From Chitinophagales bacterium (GTDB lineage Bacteria; Bacteroidota; Bacteroidia; Chitinophagales; UBA8649): DNA of 64,000 nucleotides. Position 1 is the first letter of the stretch. Every line of letters starts with the position of its first letter. The position numbers and the translations under genes were made by a program. Under the pieces are notes generated by a model. The model worked only from the letters and a program-made list of their open reading frames with translations, searched no databases and had not been told where the DNA came from. The stretch is from assembly GCA_020635975.1 (NCBI GenBank), contig JACJYT010000008.1, forward strand, positions 2,443-66,442, written 5' to 3'. Shown piece by piece: positions 7,089-18,200 of this stretch.

Positions 7089-9347
7089 ATGAACACTTTA
7101 CATAAAAACTTTACTCGTCCTTCTGATTGGCCAGTAGGAGAAGATATTGATTTAAAAATACATGATTTACCGCATGATAGTTCTACAACAGAATGGTGGT
7201 ATATTAATGCACACATTAAAGCTGAAAATGGAAGAGAATATTCCATTTTTGCATCATTTTTTAGAAAGTTACTCCAATACGATGAAGAGAAGAAGGAGTT
7301 AGATTATGCTCATTCCATCACTTGGGCAATTATAGATCTTGCTAATGAAATGTATTATAGTAATTCGCTAATTGATCATCGTTCTCCTGAAATTGGATTA
7401 GATCGTTTGAGAAAGGGCGAGATCGTGAAGGATGAAAGGATCCGAAAGTCGGCAATTGAAATGCTTGAAAAAGGAAATGTACCTTATCCTGATAGGCTCT
7501 TTAAGAAGCCAGTAAGCGTTTCTAAATCTCACTTAGATTTGAATTTTGATTCCAACAGTTTTAAGAAAATTGAGGAAGGTAAATACCAGCTTGATTTAAT
7601 AGATGAGGAGCACAAAGTGGCTTGCTTTATGGAATTTGACACTTTAAAACCAGTTATTCGACATGGCGATAATGGGGTAGTTTTTGGTGTTTCTGCGGAG
7701 GATATGTTTTACTATTTCCTCCCTCGAAATAAGGCCAAGGGCTACTTGGAAATTGAAGGAGAGAGAATTCCTTTTAGCCAAGCCTCTGCATGGTACGATC
7801 ATGAATTTGGCAGAAATAGGGATGAAAAGGAGCAAGAACCCGGAATGAGCAAAGATGTTGCTTGGAATTGGATTTCTTCGCAATTGAGCAATGGTTATGA
7901 ATTTACTGCCTATGACCTAATAGATAATAAAAGTGCTGCAGCCTGTGGTTCCTATCTTATACTTATTGATCCTGAAGGCAATAGAAAGCAGATTGATAGC
8001 TTTCAGCTAAGGCCTAAAGGGGAAGATTGGACTAGTACAAGAACCTTCAACGATTACCCTTTAGAGTGGGTACTAGAAGCCCCATCTATCGGTTTGTATG
8101 TTGAAGCAAAGGCGGTATTTCCACATCAAGAATTTGCTACAGTAATTTCTAAACCGGCCTTCTGGGAAGGAAGAGTGGAAGTTAGAGGAAGTTTAGCTGG
8201 TCAAGAAATTGGTGGTCCTGGCTTTGTAGAGCGCAGCGGTTTTGCAAGCTCAGAAAATCTGGAAGAGTTTTTTAAAATAGTAAGTAGGGAAACCATAAAA
8301 TCGGTGAAACACATTCTTCCTAAAAATCCAGAAGGGGAGAAATTGGCAGAATTGGTTTCTCGAAAAGATCAGTTGCATTATACCCATGGAATTGATTCTC
8401 ACGAGTTTTCGAAAGCTTTAATAGAGCCTATTCGTAGCATAATTGATAGGGGAGGAAAATCTTGGCGTTCTTATGCAGCTCTAGCATGCGCAGATATTGT
8501 AGGAGGAAACTCGCAAAAAGCTATTGATTGGCTTGCCTTACCAGAATTAATGCACGTAGGGTCTTTAATAGTGGATGACGTAGAAGATAAGTCGGATGTT
8601 CGAAGAGGTGGACCAAGTTGCCATAAAATGTATAATGAAGCTGTAGCTATAAATGCTGGTTCGGCTTGTTATTTTTTAGGACAAATTGTAATCTATCAAG
8701 CAGAGGAACTAGAAGCAGATAAAAAGCTAAGAATTTATAATCTTTATTTTGAAGCACTTCGAGCTGCGCATGCGGGACAAGCTTTAGATATCCATGGATT
8801 AGACTATATGATGGAGGAAGTTGTGGAGCAGGGTGCAGGAAGAATTTTGGAAGAACGTATCTTGGCAATTCATCGACTTAAATCTGCAGCTCCAGCAAGT
8901 TACTTGGCGCAAATAGGCGTTATTTTAGGTGGTGGATCGGAAATCCAAATTGCAGGCTTGGGCGCTTATTATGAAGCCTTAGGTATATCATTTCAAATCA
9001 TTGATGATACTTTGAATTTGAGAGGATTTAAAGATGGTTTAAAAACAAAAGGAGAAGATATTACTGCAGGAAAAATAACTTATCCGGTGGCAAAGGCCAT
9101 GACTAGATTAAACCAAGAAGATAGAGCACGATTATGGGAAATCGTAAGTGCTAAAACGGAAAAACTTGAGGAAATACGTGAAGCTGTTAACTTACTAGAT
9201 AAGGTACAAGCACTTGATGATTGTGTTCAAGAAGCTCAAGATATTTTAAATGATGCTTGGAAGCTTTTGGATCCCCTAGTAAGAGACTCTATGGTGAAAC
9301 TTAATTTAAGAGCTTTTAGCTGGTATGTTTTAGATAGGCATTATTAA
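7089..9347 (+). CDS. fusion protein: N-terminal AttH/CrtC-like (lipocalin-like hydratase/hydrolase) domain + C-terminal polyprenyl (type-III GGPP-like) synthase domain
   Basis: N-terminal part has HDSSTTEWWYINAHIKAENGREYSIFASFFR and SAWYDHEFG, both AttH/CrtC hallmarks. C-terminal part has LIVDDVEDKSDVRRG (first Asp-rich motif, 8574-8588) and FQIIDDTLNL (second motif, 9003-9017). Confidence 0.75.
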   Translation: MNTLHKNFTRPSDWPVGEDIDLKIHDLPHDSSTTEWWYINAHIKAENGREYSIFASFFRKLLQYDEEKKELDYAHSITWAIIDLANEMYYSNSLIDHRSPEIGLDRLRKGEIVKDERIRKSAIEMLEKGNVPYPDRLFKKPVSVSKSHLDLNFDSNSFKKIEEGKYQLDLIDEEHKVACFMEFDTLKPVIRHGDNGVVFGVSAEDMFYYFLPRNKAKGYLEIEGERIPFSQASAWYDHEFGRNRDEKEQEPGMSKDVAWNWISSQLSNGYEFTAYDLIDNKSAAACGSYLILIDPEGNRKQIDSFQLRPKGEDWTSTRTFNDYPLEWVLEAPSIGLYVEAKAVFPHQEFATVISKPAFWEGRVEVRGSLAGQEIGGPGFVERSGFASSENLEEFFKIVSRETIKSVKHILPKNPEGEKLAELVSRKDQLHYTHGIDSHEFSKALIEPIRSIIDRGGKSWRSYAALACADIVGGNSQKAIDWLALPELMHVGSLIVDDVEDKSDVRRGGPSCHKMYNEAVAINAGSACYFLGQIVIYQAEELEADKKLRIYNLYFEALRAAHAGQALDIHGLDYMMEEVVEQGAGRILEERILAIHRLKSAAPASYLAQIGVILGGGSEIQIAGLGAYYEALGISFQIIDDTLNLRGFKDGLKTKGEDITAGKITYPVAKAMTRLNQEDRARLWEIVSAKTEKLEEIREAVNLLDKVQALDDCVQEAQDILNDAWKLLDPLVRDSMVKLNLRAFSWYVLDRHY

Positions 9348-9375
9348 TGTTCAGTATCGAAATGGAAAACTTGCT

Positions 9376-9885
9376 TTAGCTAATTTTTCCTCTTAAGCCA
9401 AGCTCAATTACTTCCAAATTTTGTAGGCTGCCCCTATTGATTTCAAAGCGCATAAGGGTTTTCATTCTATGAAAGCCATGAATTCCAGCTGCTCCTGGAT
9501 TGATACAAAGCATGTTGTTATATTTTTTATCGCGCATTACTTTGAGTACATGAGAATGGCCACAAATAAAAACATCGGGAGGCTTAACTTGTAATATATC
9601 TCGAACTCTGCTATCATAAGATCCAGGATATCCTCCTATATGCCTGAGCCAAAATTCTATCCCATCTATAGTAAATCGTTGATCTAAAGGAAATTCAGCA
9701 CGAACTTGAATATCATCAATATTGCCATAAACTCCTCTTAATAATTTGAAAGCCCTTAACTGATGAATAAGTTTTACATCGCCTACATCACCAAGGTGCC
9801 AAATTTCATCTACTGCCTTGAAGTATTCGAATACCAAAGGGTCGAGGTAAGAATGAGTATCTGATATAAGTCCGATTTTTAGCAT
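9376..9885 (-). CDS. metallophosphoesterase (YfcE/MJ0936 family)
   Basis: Motifs ISDTHS, HLGDVGD, GNID, CGHSH. Confidence 0.8.
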   Translation of the reverse strand: MLKIGLISDTHSYLDPLVFEYFKAVDEIWHLGDVGDVKLIHQLRAFKLLRGVYGNIDDIQVRAEFPLDQRFTIDGIEFWLRHIGGYPGSYDSRVRDILQVKPPDVFICGHSHVLKVMRDKKYNNMLCINPGAAGIHGFHRMKTLMRFEINRGSLQNLEVIELGLRGKIS

Positions 9886-9897
9886 TTATTCTTTTTC

Positions 9898-10581
9898 TTA
9901 TTTCAAAAAAACTTCCCAATTATCAATAGAATAATTTGACTTTACTCTGGCTTTTTTATCTCTTTTATAATTGTACCAGCAGCTGTGATAACCAAAATTT
10001 CTAGCGCCTTTTATATCCGATTTAGGGTTATCGCCAATTACTAATACTTTAGATTTATCGCCAACAAGGATGCTTTGATGCACCTTGTCAAAGAAAGCTT
10101 TGTGTGGTTTCGAAACCCCTAATTCTTCAGATATGAAAATATGTTCAAAGTAGTTTTTCATGCCATGTTTTTCCAAACGTCGATGTTGGGCGGAACTAAG
10201 TCCATTGCTAATTATTGCGAGCTTATGACTTTCCTTTACTTGATCTAGAAACTCTTGTGCACCATTAATCCAAAAAGAGTAAGTAACCAATTCATCTAAA
10301 TACGAATTTGCCATGCTTACAGGGTCAATATCTAATTTTGCTTCTTGAATAAAGGCTTCAAAACGACCATATTTAACTTCATCTGCGGATATTTTTTGCT
10401 TTTCGTAGTAATGCCAATATTTGGCGTTTATAGGGTAATAGATTTCATAATAAGCTTCAAAATTATCTATTTCTAAAGCTTTCATCAAGGCTTTGAATGC
10501 TAAGCTAGATGCCTTGTTAAAATCGAGTAAGGTGTTATCTAGATCGAAAAGCAAGTACTCATAATTATCCAAGTTCTTCAT
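9898..10581 (-). CDS. HAD-superfamily hydrolase (YjjG-like nucleotidase subfamily)
   Basis: Track ORF 9898..10635. Start moved to ATG 10579-10581 (MKNLDNYEYLLFDLDNTLLDF). HAD motif I is DLDNTL and the late motif is VIGDNPKSDI. Confidence 0.75.
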   Translation of the reverse strand: MKNLDNYEYLLFDLDNTLLDFNKASSLAFKALMKALEIDNFEAYYEIYYPINAKYWHYYEKQKISADEVKYGRFEAFIQEAKLDIDPVSMANSYLDELVTYSFWINGAQEFLDQVKESHKLAIISNGLSSAQHRRLEKHGMKNYFEHIFISEELGVSKPHKAFFDKVHQSILVGDKSKVLVIGDNPKSDIKGARNFGYHSCWYNYKRDKKARVKSNYSIDNWEVFLK

Positions 10582-11809
10582 TAATCTTATTTTTTTGATA
10601 GCTTCTAATAAGCATTTGATAAAAGAAAACGCCAACTACATAAATTGCAGCCGTTAAGAGTAAAATATAAATATAAGCTATTCCTCTTGCTCGGAGAAAG
10701 CCAAAGATGCTAGAACTAATAACCCATGTGCCCGACCAAATAGAACTATGCAAGGCACTAATAAGTTCTTGGTTTTTCTTTCCTACATAGTTCATACTTA
10801 GTTCTGAAGTTAGTGGTCCGGCTGCATTCATTAAAGGTTGACGTAAAACATAGAAGAAGGCCGCTAAGTAGCTTATCCATCTATACTCGGCAAACCATTC
10901 TGTAAATGCTAAAGCTACTAAGAGAAAAACTGCAAGCATTTGCATTCCAGTCACCATAATATTGTAACCAAATTTCTTTTTAAGCTCTGGAATGAAAATC
11001 ACCGAAAGCGCTACAAGACCAAAAGTTAAAGATCCCAAAAGCGAAAAGGAACAATCGGTAAAACCATGAACACTTTTAAAAAAAAGATTGATAAAAGGAA
11101 TCGTGAGACCAGCACCTAATGCAATTAAAAATGCAGGAAGAAGAGCTTTGCTAATACGTTGGTAATCGTATTCTTTCAAGTTTTGAAGGATGTTCTGTTT
11201 TTCTATTTTTTGTTCCGCAATTTTAATTTTTTGGATGAAAAAAATGGCTAAAAAACCGAGCGCACTAAAGAACAATAAGACACTTTTAAGATGAATATTG
11301 ATTAAAGAATTACATCGTAAAAAATAGGCAATCAAGCCCGATATAAAGATGCTTAAGCTGAAACTTTGAAAATATAGCGCTATTGCTTTGGTTTGATTTT
11401 CTTCGCTAGCGTTTTGCATGATAAATGGAATGCCTGGGATATGAAAAATTATAAAAGAAATTCCCCATAAGGACATGCACAAATGGATTAAAAAGCTCTG
11501 GTGACTTGCAATAGAAAGTACTAAGAAAATGCCAGCTAAAGGTGTGGCAATAGCACCTAATTGAAAAAAGCCTTTTAACTTTCTCCCCTTTAGATAAAGT
11601 CCTAAAGGAAAGGCGAGAAGGAGTACCCCAAGAAAGCGGCTTCGAATAAAATTGGCAATTTCTACATCATTAAAGGATTCTTGAAGGAGATAGAAATTTA
11701 GTAATAGAAAAAAAGAAGCGTTACTAAATTGGATAAAGCCTTCAGCCGCTATGAGATAGAGCACATGCTTTTCTAATTGTTTATAAGAAGCTAAGGTTTT
11801 GGTTAGCAA
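10565..11809 (-). CDS. MFS-type transporter
   Basis: 414-aa ORF with about 12 hydrophobic segments. TTG start immediately after the miaA stop, with no nearby ATG. Confidence 0.6.
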   Translation of the reverse strand: MLTKTLASYKQLEKHVLYLIAAEGFIQFSNASFFLLLNFYLLQESFNDVEIANFIRSRFLGVLLLAFPLGLYLKGRKLKGFFQLGAIATPLAGIFLVLSIASHQSFLIHLCMSLWGISFIIFHIPGIPFIMQNASEENQTKAIALYFQSFSLSIFISGLIAYFLRCNSLINIHLKSVLLFFSALGFLAIFFIQKIKIAEQKIEKQNILQNLKEYDYQRISKALLPAFLIALGAGLTIPFINLFFKSVHGFTDCSFSLLGSLTFGLVALSVIFIPELKKKFGYNIMVTGMQMLAVFLLVALAFTEWFAEYRWISYLAAFFYVLRQPLMNAAGPLTSELSMNYVGKKNQELISALHSSIWSGTWVISSSIFGFLRARGIAYIYILLLTAAIYVVGVFFYQMLIRSYQKNKINEELG

Positions 11810-11810
11810 G

Positions 11811-12719
11811 TTAAGACATCTTTGCGTTCAAAAATTCTACAAAATTTTCTATTCTAGCAGCTGGTGTAAACCACGAAATTTCGGCGTCTTTCTTAAACCA
11901 AGTCATTTGTCTCTTAGCGTAGTGTCGAGTATTTCTTTTTATCAGATCTATGGCTTCTTCTTTCGAAATTTTACCCTCTAAAAATTCAAAAATTTCTTTG
12001 TAACCTATGGTGTCTAAAGAACTTAAATCCTTTTTATCGAATAGATTTTGTGCTTCTGCTACCAAACCTTCTGCTATCATAGTATCCACACGATTATTAA
12101 TTCTTTCGTATAAATTTTCTCTTGACCATTGATAAGCGATTTTAATACTTTGAAACTCTCTTTTTTTGGCTGATTTATTCGTGAAATTGGAGTAGGCCTG
12201 TCCACTGGCATAACATACTTCTAAAGCTCGCATTAGTCTTCTGGGATTGTCTAAATCTACTTCTAAAAAATACTTCGGGTCTAGTTGTCGTAGTTCATCT
12301 CTTAGGGCTTGAAGTCCGTGTTCTTTATAAAAATTTAAGGTCTTCAATCTCACCTCTCTTGGAATTTCAGGAAAGGGGTCAATCCCAAAAAGCACAGCAT
12401 TCAAATACAAGCCAGAACCACCTACTAGGATGGCAACATCATTTTTGCTGTAAATTCTATCTAAAACTGCCAGCGCATCTTCTTCAAATTTACCAGCGTT
12501 GTAGTTTTGATCTAGATCTAGAACATCAATAAAATGATGCACTACTTCTTCTTGTTCACTTTTACTTACTTTAGCGGTACCTATGTCCATGCCTCTATAA
12601 AATTGGCGTGAATCTGCCGAAATAATCTCTGTATTATAATGCTTGGCTAGTTCTATCGCTAAAGATGATTTTCCTGAAGCTGTTGGACCTAAAATCGTGA
12701 TTAAAAATTTATTTTTCAT
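11811..12719 (-). CDS. miaA: tRNA dimethylallyltransferase
   Basis: P-loop ILGPTASGKSSLAIELAK, SADSRQFYRGMDIGTAK, and a C-terminal YAKRQMTWFK. Confidence 0.9.
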   Translation of the reverse strand: MKNKFLITILGPTASGKSSLAIELAKHYNTEIISADSRQFYRGMDIGTAKVSKSEQEEVVHHFIDVLDLDQNYNAGKFEEDALAVLDRIYSKNDVAILVGGSGLYLNAVLFGIDPFPEIPREVRLKTLNFYKEHGLQALRDELRQLDPKYFLEVDLDNPRRLMRALEVCYASGQAYSNFTNKSAKKREFQSIKIAYQWSRENLYERINNRVDTMIAEGLVAEAQNLFDKKDLSSLDTIGYKEIFEFLEGKISKEEAIDLIKRNTRHYAKRQMTWFKKDAEISWFTPAARIENFVEFLNAKMS

Positions 12720-12793
12720 AAGCGTCTTAACAATCTTAAGCTAATTTCAGTTCTTTACAATTAATAGTAATAAATTAGCACGAAAGTAGAAAA

Positions 12794-14050
12794 ATGACAA
12801 AGTATAAACTAATTTTTTTTAGCTTTCTTCTGATTAATTATGTTCAAGCCCAAGCCTTAATACAAGGAGTAGTAAGAGATGCTAGTACGAAAGAGAATTT
12901 AGAATTTGTTAGTGTTCTACTAAATAATTCCTTTAAAGGAACTAGTACAAATGCTAAGGGAGAATTTAGCTTAGAAATTCCGGATTATTCCTCTTCAAGG
13001 TCTTTTAGTTTTCAGCGCGTTGGTTATCATAGTAAAACACTAAGTATGGTAGAGTTTATGCGCTCTGACACCATTTACCTAGAGATAGATGAACAATATT
13101 TATCGGAAGTTGTAATTCGACCGGTAAATGCCTTTGAACTGCTTCAAGAAGCTATAAAAAGAATTCCAGATAATTACTACAGTCAGCCCGTAGCTCAGGA
13201 TATATTTTATCGCCAATCGGTATTTTTAAATGAGCAATTAAGAGGCTTGGAAGAAAGCAGATACCATCTTATCAATACCTTTCAAAGACCTAAACTCCCA
13301 AGAAGTGTTAGTGTAAAGAAGGCAAGAGGTTTTTCCAACTTAGAAGAATTGAAGGATTTGGGGAAACTGCTTGCTAATAGTATTGATGAAGATAGTATTA
13401 ATGTTTTGGAAAGTGGAGAAGGACTTTTAGCTTTTAATCCGAAGCTGGAAGACCTAGTTAATGATAAGACTGGTGTATTCAATCCGAATGCGGAGAAGTT
13501 CTATGTTTTCGATTATGTTGGAATGGTTATAAAAGGTGGAAATGTGATGCACCACATTGTTTTTGATCAAAAAGAAGGACTTAAAAAAACTTTGTATCAA
13601 GGAAGCATGTATATCGATACAGTAAGTTTGGCCATAGTTGAATTTAATTCTAAGCTGAGTCCAAGCGGTGTAGACTATCAGAAATTAATACCATTAAAAT
13701 ATAGAATGTTGGCGAAACTAGCCGGCTATAGTTTTCAAATCTCGAATCTTGCATTTAGCGTAGAATATGAAAAATATGAAAATTATTGGATAGTTAGTTC
13801 TGGAGATTTTAAGCTCAGCGGAAGCATCTCTAAACGTAAGGAAAAAACGGTTAATGGTGTACTAAATGTTGATTATACTGTGCTTCGCAACTTCCCTAAA
13901 ACAGAGTATTACAGCAAGAGTTCTAGTTACGATGTAATTCCTTCTAGTCTTGAAAACTTTAAAGAAAAGTATTTTTGGGGAGATGCAAATATTCCTTATT
14001 TACCACAAAATGTAGAGAACAAGCTTAATAAATTACTTAGGGGTGAGTAA
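12794..14050 (+). CDS. CarboxypepD_reg-like domain protein (function unknown)
   Basis: Signal peptide followed by IQGVVRDASTKENLEFVSVLL..GTSTNAKGEFSLEIP, typical of the carboxypeptidase-regulatory-like fold. Confidence 0.6.
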   Translation: MTKYKLIFFSFLLINYVQAQALIQGVVRDASTKENLEFVSVLLNNSFKGTSTNAKGEFSLEIPDYSSSRSFSFQRVGYHSKTLSMVEFMRSDTIYLEIDEQYLSEVVIRPVNAFELLQEAIKRIPDNYYSQPVAQDIFYRQSVFLNEQLRGLEESRYHLINTFQRPKLPRSVSVKKARGFSNLEELKDLGKLLANSIDEDSINVLESGEGLLAFNPKLEDLVNDKTGVFNPNAEKFYVFDYVGMVIKGGNVMHHIVFDQKEGLKKTLYQGSMYIDTVSLAIVEFNSKLSPSGVDYQKLIPLKYRMLAKLAGYSFQISNLAFSVEYEKYENYWIVSSGDFKLSGSISKRKEKTVNGVLNVDYTVLRNFPKTEYYSKSSSYDVIPSSLENFKEKYFWGDANIPYLPQNVENKLNKLLRGE

Positions 14051-15191
14051 TGGGATTTAAGCGATATAACTTGTTATCAAAAGAAACGGAATAATCGGTC
14101 CAAGTGCCATCCCCAGCTCTCGAATCTGACTTGTAATAATCTGTAGAAATAAAATGGGCTCCACTAGATAAGCACAAATTCCATTGGCTGTAATCGTTTG
14201 TTCGTGCTTGAAGTGTACCTTCATCTGCTCTAGTTCTGATAATATAGCCTTGTGCAACTAAATCTTGGATTTGCATATAGGATGCATTAACGCTATTTCG
14301 CATAATGAATGCCGCATCATCATTTCCTGGGTCGCTATTGGTAAAAATCAGTTTGTTCTCCAAACTAGGATTCCCTGCAAGATAGATAGAATTAATGTCG
14401 TCGTTGTTGTGTAGAAACATTACTTTTCCTCTACTTTCATCTATGCTTGGCCAATTGTTTGCAAGAACGGCTTCATTTAGCGTACTAAAATTCCCTCTTA
14501 CATCATCAGGCGTTATGATTTGATTTCTCTCGAATACATCCAAGATTTCATTTTCTAAAGTATTCAGTGCTTGGGCATTGTTCCAAGATTCGGGACTTAC
14601 AAAACCGATACCGGGTACATAATCGTTAACACTATTATTTCCCAATTCTAGAAGGATGAAAATGGGAATATGCTCTGGGTAGGAGGCCGACCAAGCTTTT
14701 ATTTCTTCTAGGGCACTTTTAAAAGTGTAATTGTGGGTATTGAAATCGATATCCGGAATGTGTAGAATTTTTATTCCTGGATTTTGAAGTTCTGGAATGC
14801 CAGAGGCCTCGTCCAATCCTGCTATGGCATTTCCTTTTCTATTATAATACAAACCACCACTTTGATCTAAGTAGAGATCCAACTCTATTTGTCGCACACC
14901 ATAATAGCTAAACTGATCTTTTAAAGGAATATGCTCATAATCTAGTTCGGAGGCAGAATAAGCGGCAGGTAGAAAATTTCCTATAGAAATAATGAAATCC
15001 ATAATCGCCTCATTTGTTCTTAAACGATAGCTATTGTGACTTCCTAAGTATTGCAGTTGATTAATTTTTAAATCGCCAGGTACCTCGCCATCTTGAATAC
15101 TAACTTTTTCCTTTTGAAAGTTTTCCTGATCTTTTTTACAGGCATTTAATGATAGTGCAAAGAGGAGTAGTAGCAGTAAGTATTTTTTCAT
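14037..15191 (-). CDS. lipoprotein, PI-PLC X-domain-like (PLC-like phosphodiesterase)
   Basis: Lipobox LSLNAC and LGSHNSYRL, a PLC-like phosphodiesterase signature. Overlaps the convergent upstream gene by 14 nt. Confidence 0.6.
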   Translation of the reverse strand: MKKYLLLLLLFALSLNACKKDQENFQKEKVSIQDGEVPGDLKINQLQYLGSHNSYRLRTNEAIMDFIISIGNFLPAAYSASELDYEHIPLKDQFSYYGVRQIELDLYLDQSGGLYYNRKGNAIAGLDEASGIPELQNPGIKILHIPDIDFNTHNYTFKSALEEIKAWSASYPEHIPIFILLELGNNSVNDYVPGIGFVSPESWNNAQALNTLENEILDVFERNQIITPDDVRGNFSTLNEAVLANNWPSIDESRGKVMFLHNNDDINSIYLAGNPSLENKLIFTNSDPGNDDAAFIMRNSVNASYMQIQDLVAQGYIIRTRADEGTLQARTNDYSQWNLCLSSGAHFISTDYYKSDSRAGDGTWTDYSVSFDNKLYRLNPITHP

Positions 15192-15299
15192 TCGAAATTA
15201 GCTTTTCTATTCTCCGAATATACTTAATAATTCGCTAACAATTTATTAATACTATGCTAAAGAAAATAAAAGGCTAAATAAATTCTCAAAAAAATGCTT

Positions 15300-18200
15300 T
15301 TAGCGAATAAGCACCATCTTGCCAAGGCCTTTTTTAAAGAAGCGGTCTACTTGTTGTATGTCATAACGATCTATACTCTCGTTATTAATAGAGGTTTTTA
15401 CCTGATAGAAGTACACGCCATTTGCAAGAGGGTCTCCGTATTGATCCTTACCATCCCACCAATAATCGGTTTTGTTTAAGCCTATATGAATTGGACCAAT
15501 TTCATCTTGTCGAATTTGCTTTACCACCGTACCCTTAATATTCATGATAACAATTTCAAAATAATCTGGAATTTCAGATCCTGTTAGCGTGAATATAAAC
15601 TGAGTTCTAGTAGTGAAAGGATTAGGATAATTCAAAACATTGGAAATCATACTGCGGTTTTCAACTTGAAAGCTGATTTTGTAATCATAATATTGAAGAT
15701 CAATTAGACGGTCTTGGGTAGAGCTTGAATTATTACCACTTTTATCTTTAGAACGTACAACAAGTTCGTATAAGCCATCTAGAGGAAACTCCTCTTTTAC
15801 TATAACTTTAGCAATATTTTTGTTGCTTTCTGCGGGAATAAATTGTGTACCTACATCATTATAATTTACTCTCCATAAGCTTCCAGGGGTACTTCCATCG
15901 GTTCCCAAATAACGGAAATAAATGTCGATTAAACTGGTATCGTCTAAAGCTAAGAACTGATTTTCATCTTTGAGTTGAATTAAAATTTCGGGCTTGGCCG
16001 AAACTAAATCGCCATCTAGAATTTTTCTACCATCAAAGCTCACATCCAAGAGCGGGTTGGTATTGTCGCCTTCCACAAAGAAGTTATAAGTGGCAAAGTT
16101 GTTAAAATGGAATTGTTCTATCTGGTAATTTTGTTCAAAAGGATTAGCCTCTAAAATCAAAGTATTTTTCCCTAAATAATTAGCTGAAATAGTATTTAGA
16201 GCATAGCTTAGATGTAAGGTATCGAAGGCAAGAGCACTATCGTATTTGGCATAAGATATACTGGCATTATTCCCATTGTCGATGATACTTTGTTTCACTG
16301 TCATGCTGTCCATGTCAATTTCGCTTACATTTTCTAGCGCTACTTCAAAATGCCACACTTCGCCTTGCATTAAACTATCCTTGTTAACACTAAAGTATTT
16401 TTTAGGATTAATAGCAACTTCAGGAGCCTTATCGTAAAGTACTCGCCAATATTTAGCCTGCATAGGAGTTCTGTCCAAATCATCGCTACTATTCCATTGA
16501 AGTCGCAAATAAGGATAAACTTGCGCATTGATGCCTTGTAAGCTGGTATCCAAGCTAGCGCTGCTAACCGTATAAAGGGTATTTTCTACTCCTGCATTAT
16601 CTACGCCAATAATATTTACACTCTGCACATCCTGACTTGGGTTTTCCTTTGCTTCAAAATCCCAATGAAACGAACCCCAAGCACTAGCAGGACCAATTAA
16701 AGTGCTTTTGAAATTTCCGGAGGACCAAATACCATTAATAGAAAAAGTATTGGTAATAATATCATTAAAAGAAGCGCCTATGTTTACTATGGGATTAAAG
16801 CTTGTATTATTTTTTTGATAAACAAAAATCATAGGGCCATCGGTAGTGTTATTAACAGGACAGGCAAGATTGTTTAAATAAGCAACTAGATTTGGGCTCC
16901 AGTTGCTGTAATTCGGATTGTTTATCGAGTAGATTAGAACGTAGTGGTCGCTCGGAACATTATTAAGATAATCCAAAATTAAATTCGACCAAGGAATACC
17001 TGGAGTAGGGTGGTTAGTTGGCGTATTGCCAGATGCTCTGAAATTGGCAACCGTAATAACATTTTCTATGCCCGAGCAATGGATGTTACCATAGGGACCA
17101 TAGCTGGACGTGCTACTATTGTTGGTCAAATATAAAGGTGTTCCTGTGATGTTGTTTATTACAGCAATAGACAAACCATTAGGGAAGCCAACACCGCCAC
17201 CACAATTATTCATTTTCCAGTTATGCATTTGAGCACCATCTAATTTCCATTCCATTTCTTCGTAGAACAGATTAGGGTAGAGGCCTGTTTTTACATAAAC
17301 CTCACGAGGAACATCAATGAATTTAAACTCTCTATCTGTATCTAAATAAATGGTTTCAAATTTATCTTTCTGCCATTGATAATAATGCGATTGATTCCAG
17401 CCCGGGAATTCTCCATTTAAATAGATGAAAGAAGAATAATTCCACTTGTAAGAAGAACTACTTGAGCTATCTACGCTTACTCGCCAATAATATACCGTGC
17501 TATCTACCATGTTGATAGGATTAGGCCATTCTACAACGCCTCCTGTAGAAAAAACCTTGTATTCTGCCAAAGGAGCTAGAAATAATTCGCTTGTATCCAT
17601 TTGAAAAACATATCTTTTCTCCACTTCAAAAGGATTACCAGTAGATGCTTTTAAAGTGGTGTTTTGATTCGGAACAATAGCAAATTCATAAGGATAAATT
17701 GGATAGATATCGTCTGAACCAATAAAAAGACTCAGATTGTTTAGCAAATAATTGTTGGTTTCAGAGAGTTCATTATTTATCTCGTTGCTTGCATCAATGA
17801 AAATATTAAAATGGTTCAAGCCAAGGCCACTTGAACTTCCGTTTACGGCTAAATTTATGCTAAAAGTATCCTTGTGGTACGGAGCTGGAAATTTCTTAGT
17901 TATCACTTCCTGATTGCCATTGGGAAAAATTCTCGTTAATTCTATATCTATAGAATCGTTAATCGCTTTTCCTAAATTGTAAACAAGCAAATTAACGGTA
18001 AAGGAGTCGATGGAAGTACTAATATTGTTGGGAGTAAAAAATACATTTTGCGCTTCAATGGCATAATCTGGCTCTTCATATTGGTTAAAAGGAAGAGCAG
18101 GGTCACCGTGCAAAGTCATTTCTTGGGCAACCATCATATCCACAGGGTTATTTCCACAACAATTTTCCACGTTTTGAATGGTTTGTTGTATTACTTCCCC

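Noticed and set aside
3293-9347. A terpenoid biosynthetic gene cluster made of the geranylgeranyl reductase and the AttH-GGPPS fusion.
   Set aside because: The two genes are separated by a tRNA, a terminator and an opposite-strand antiporter/haem-protein operon. Nothing in the sequence supports co-regulation, so I report only the fusion.
10582-10635. N-terminal extension of the HAD hydrolase ORF, which overlaps the MFS gene by 71 nt.
   Set aside because: The internal ATG at 10581 gives the canonical short distance to the DxDxT motif and removes most of the overlap.
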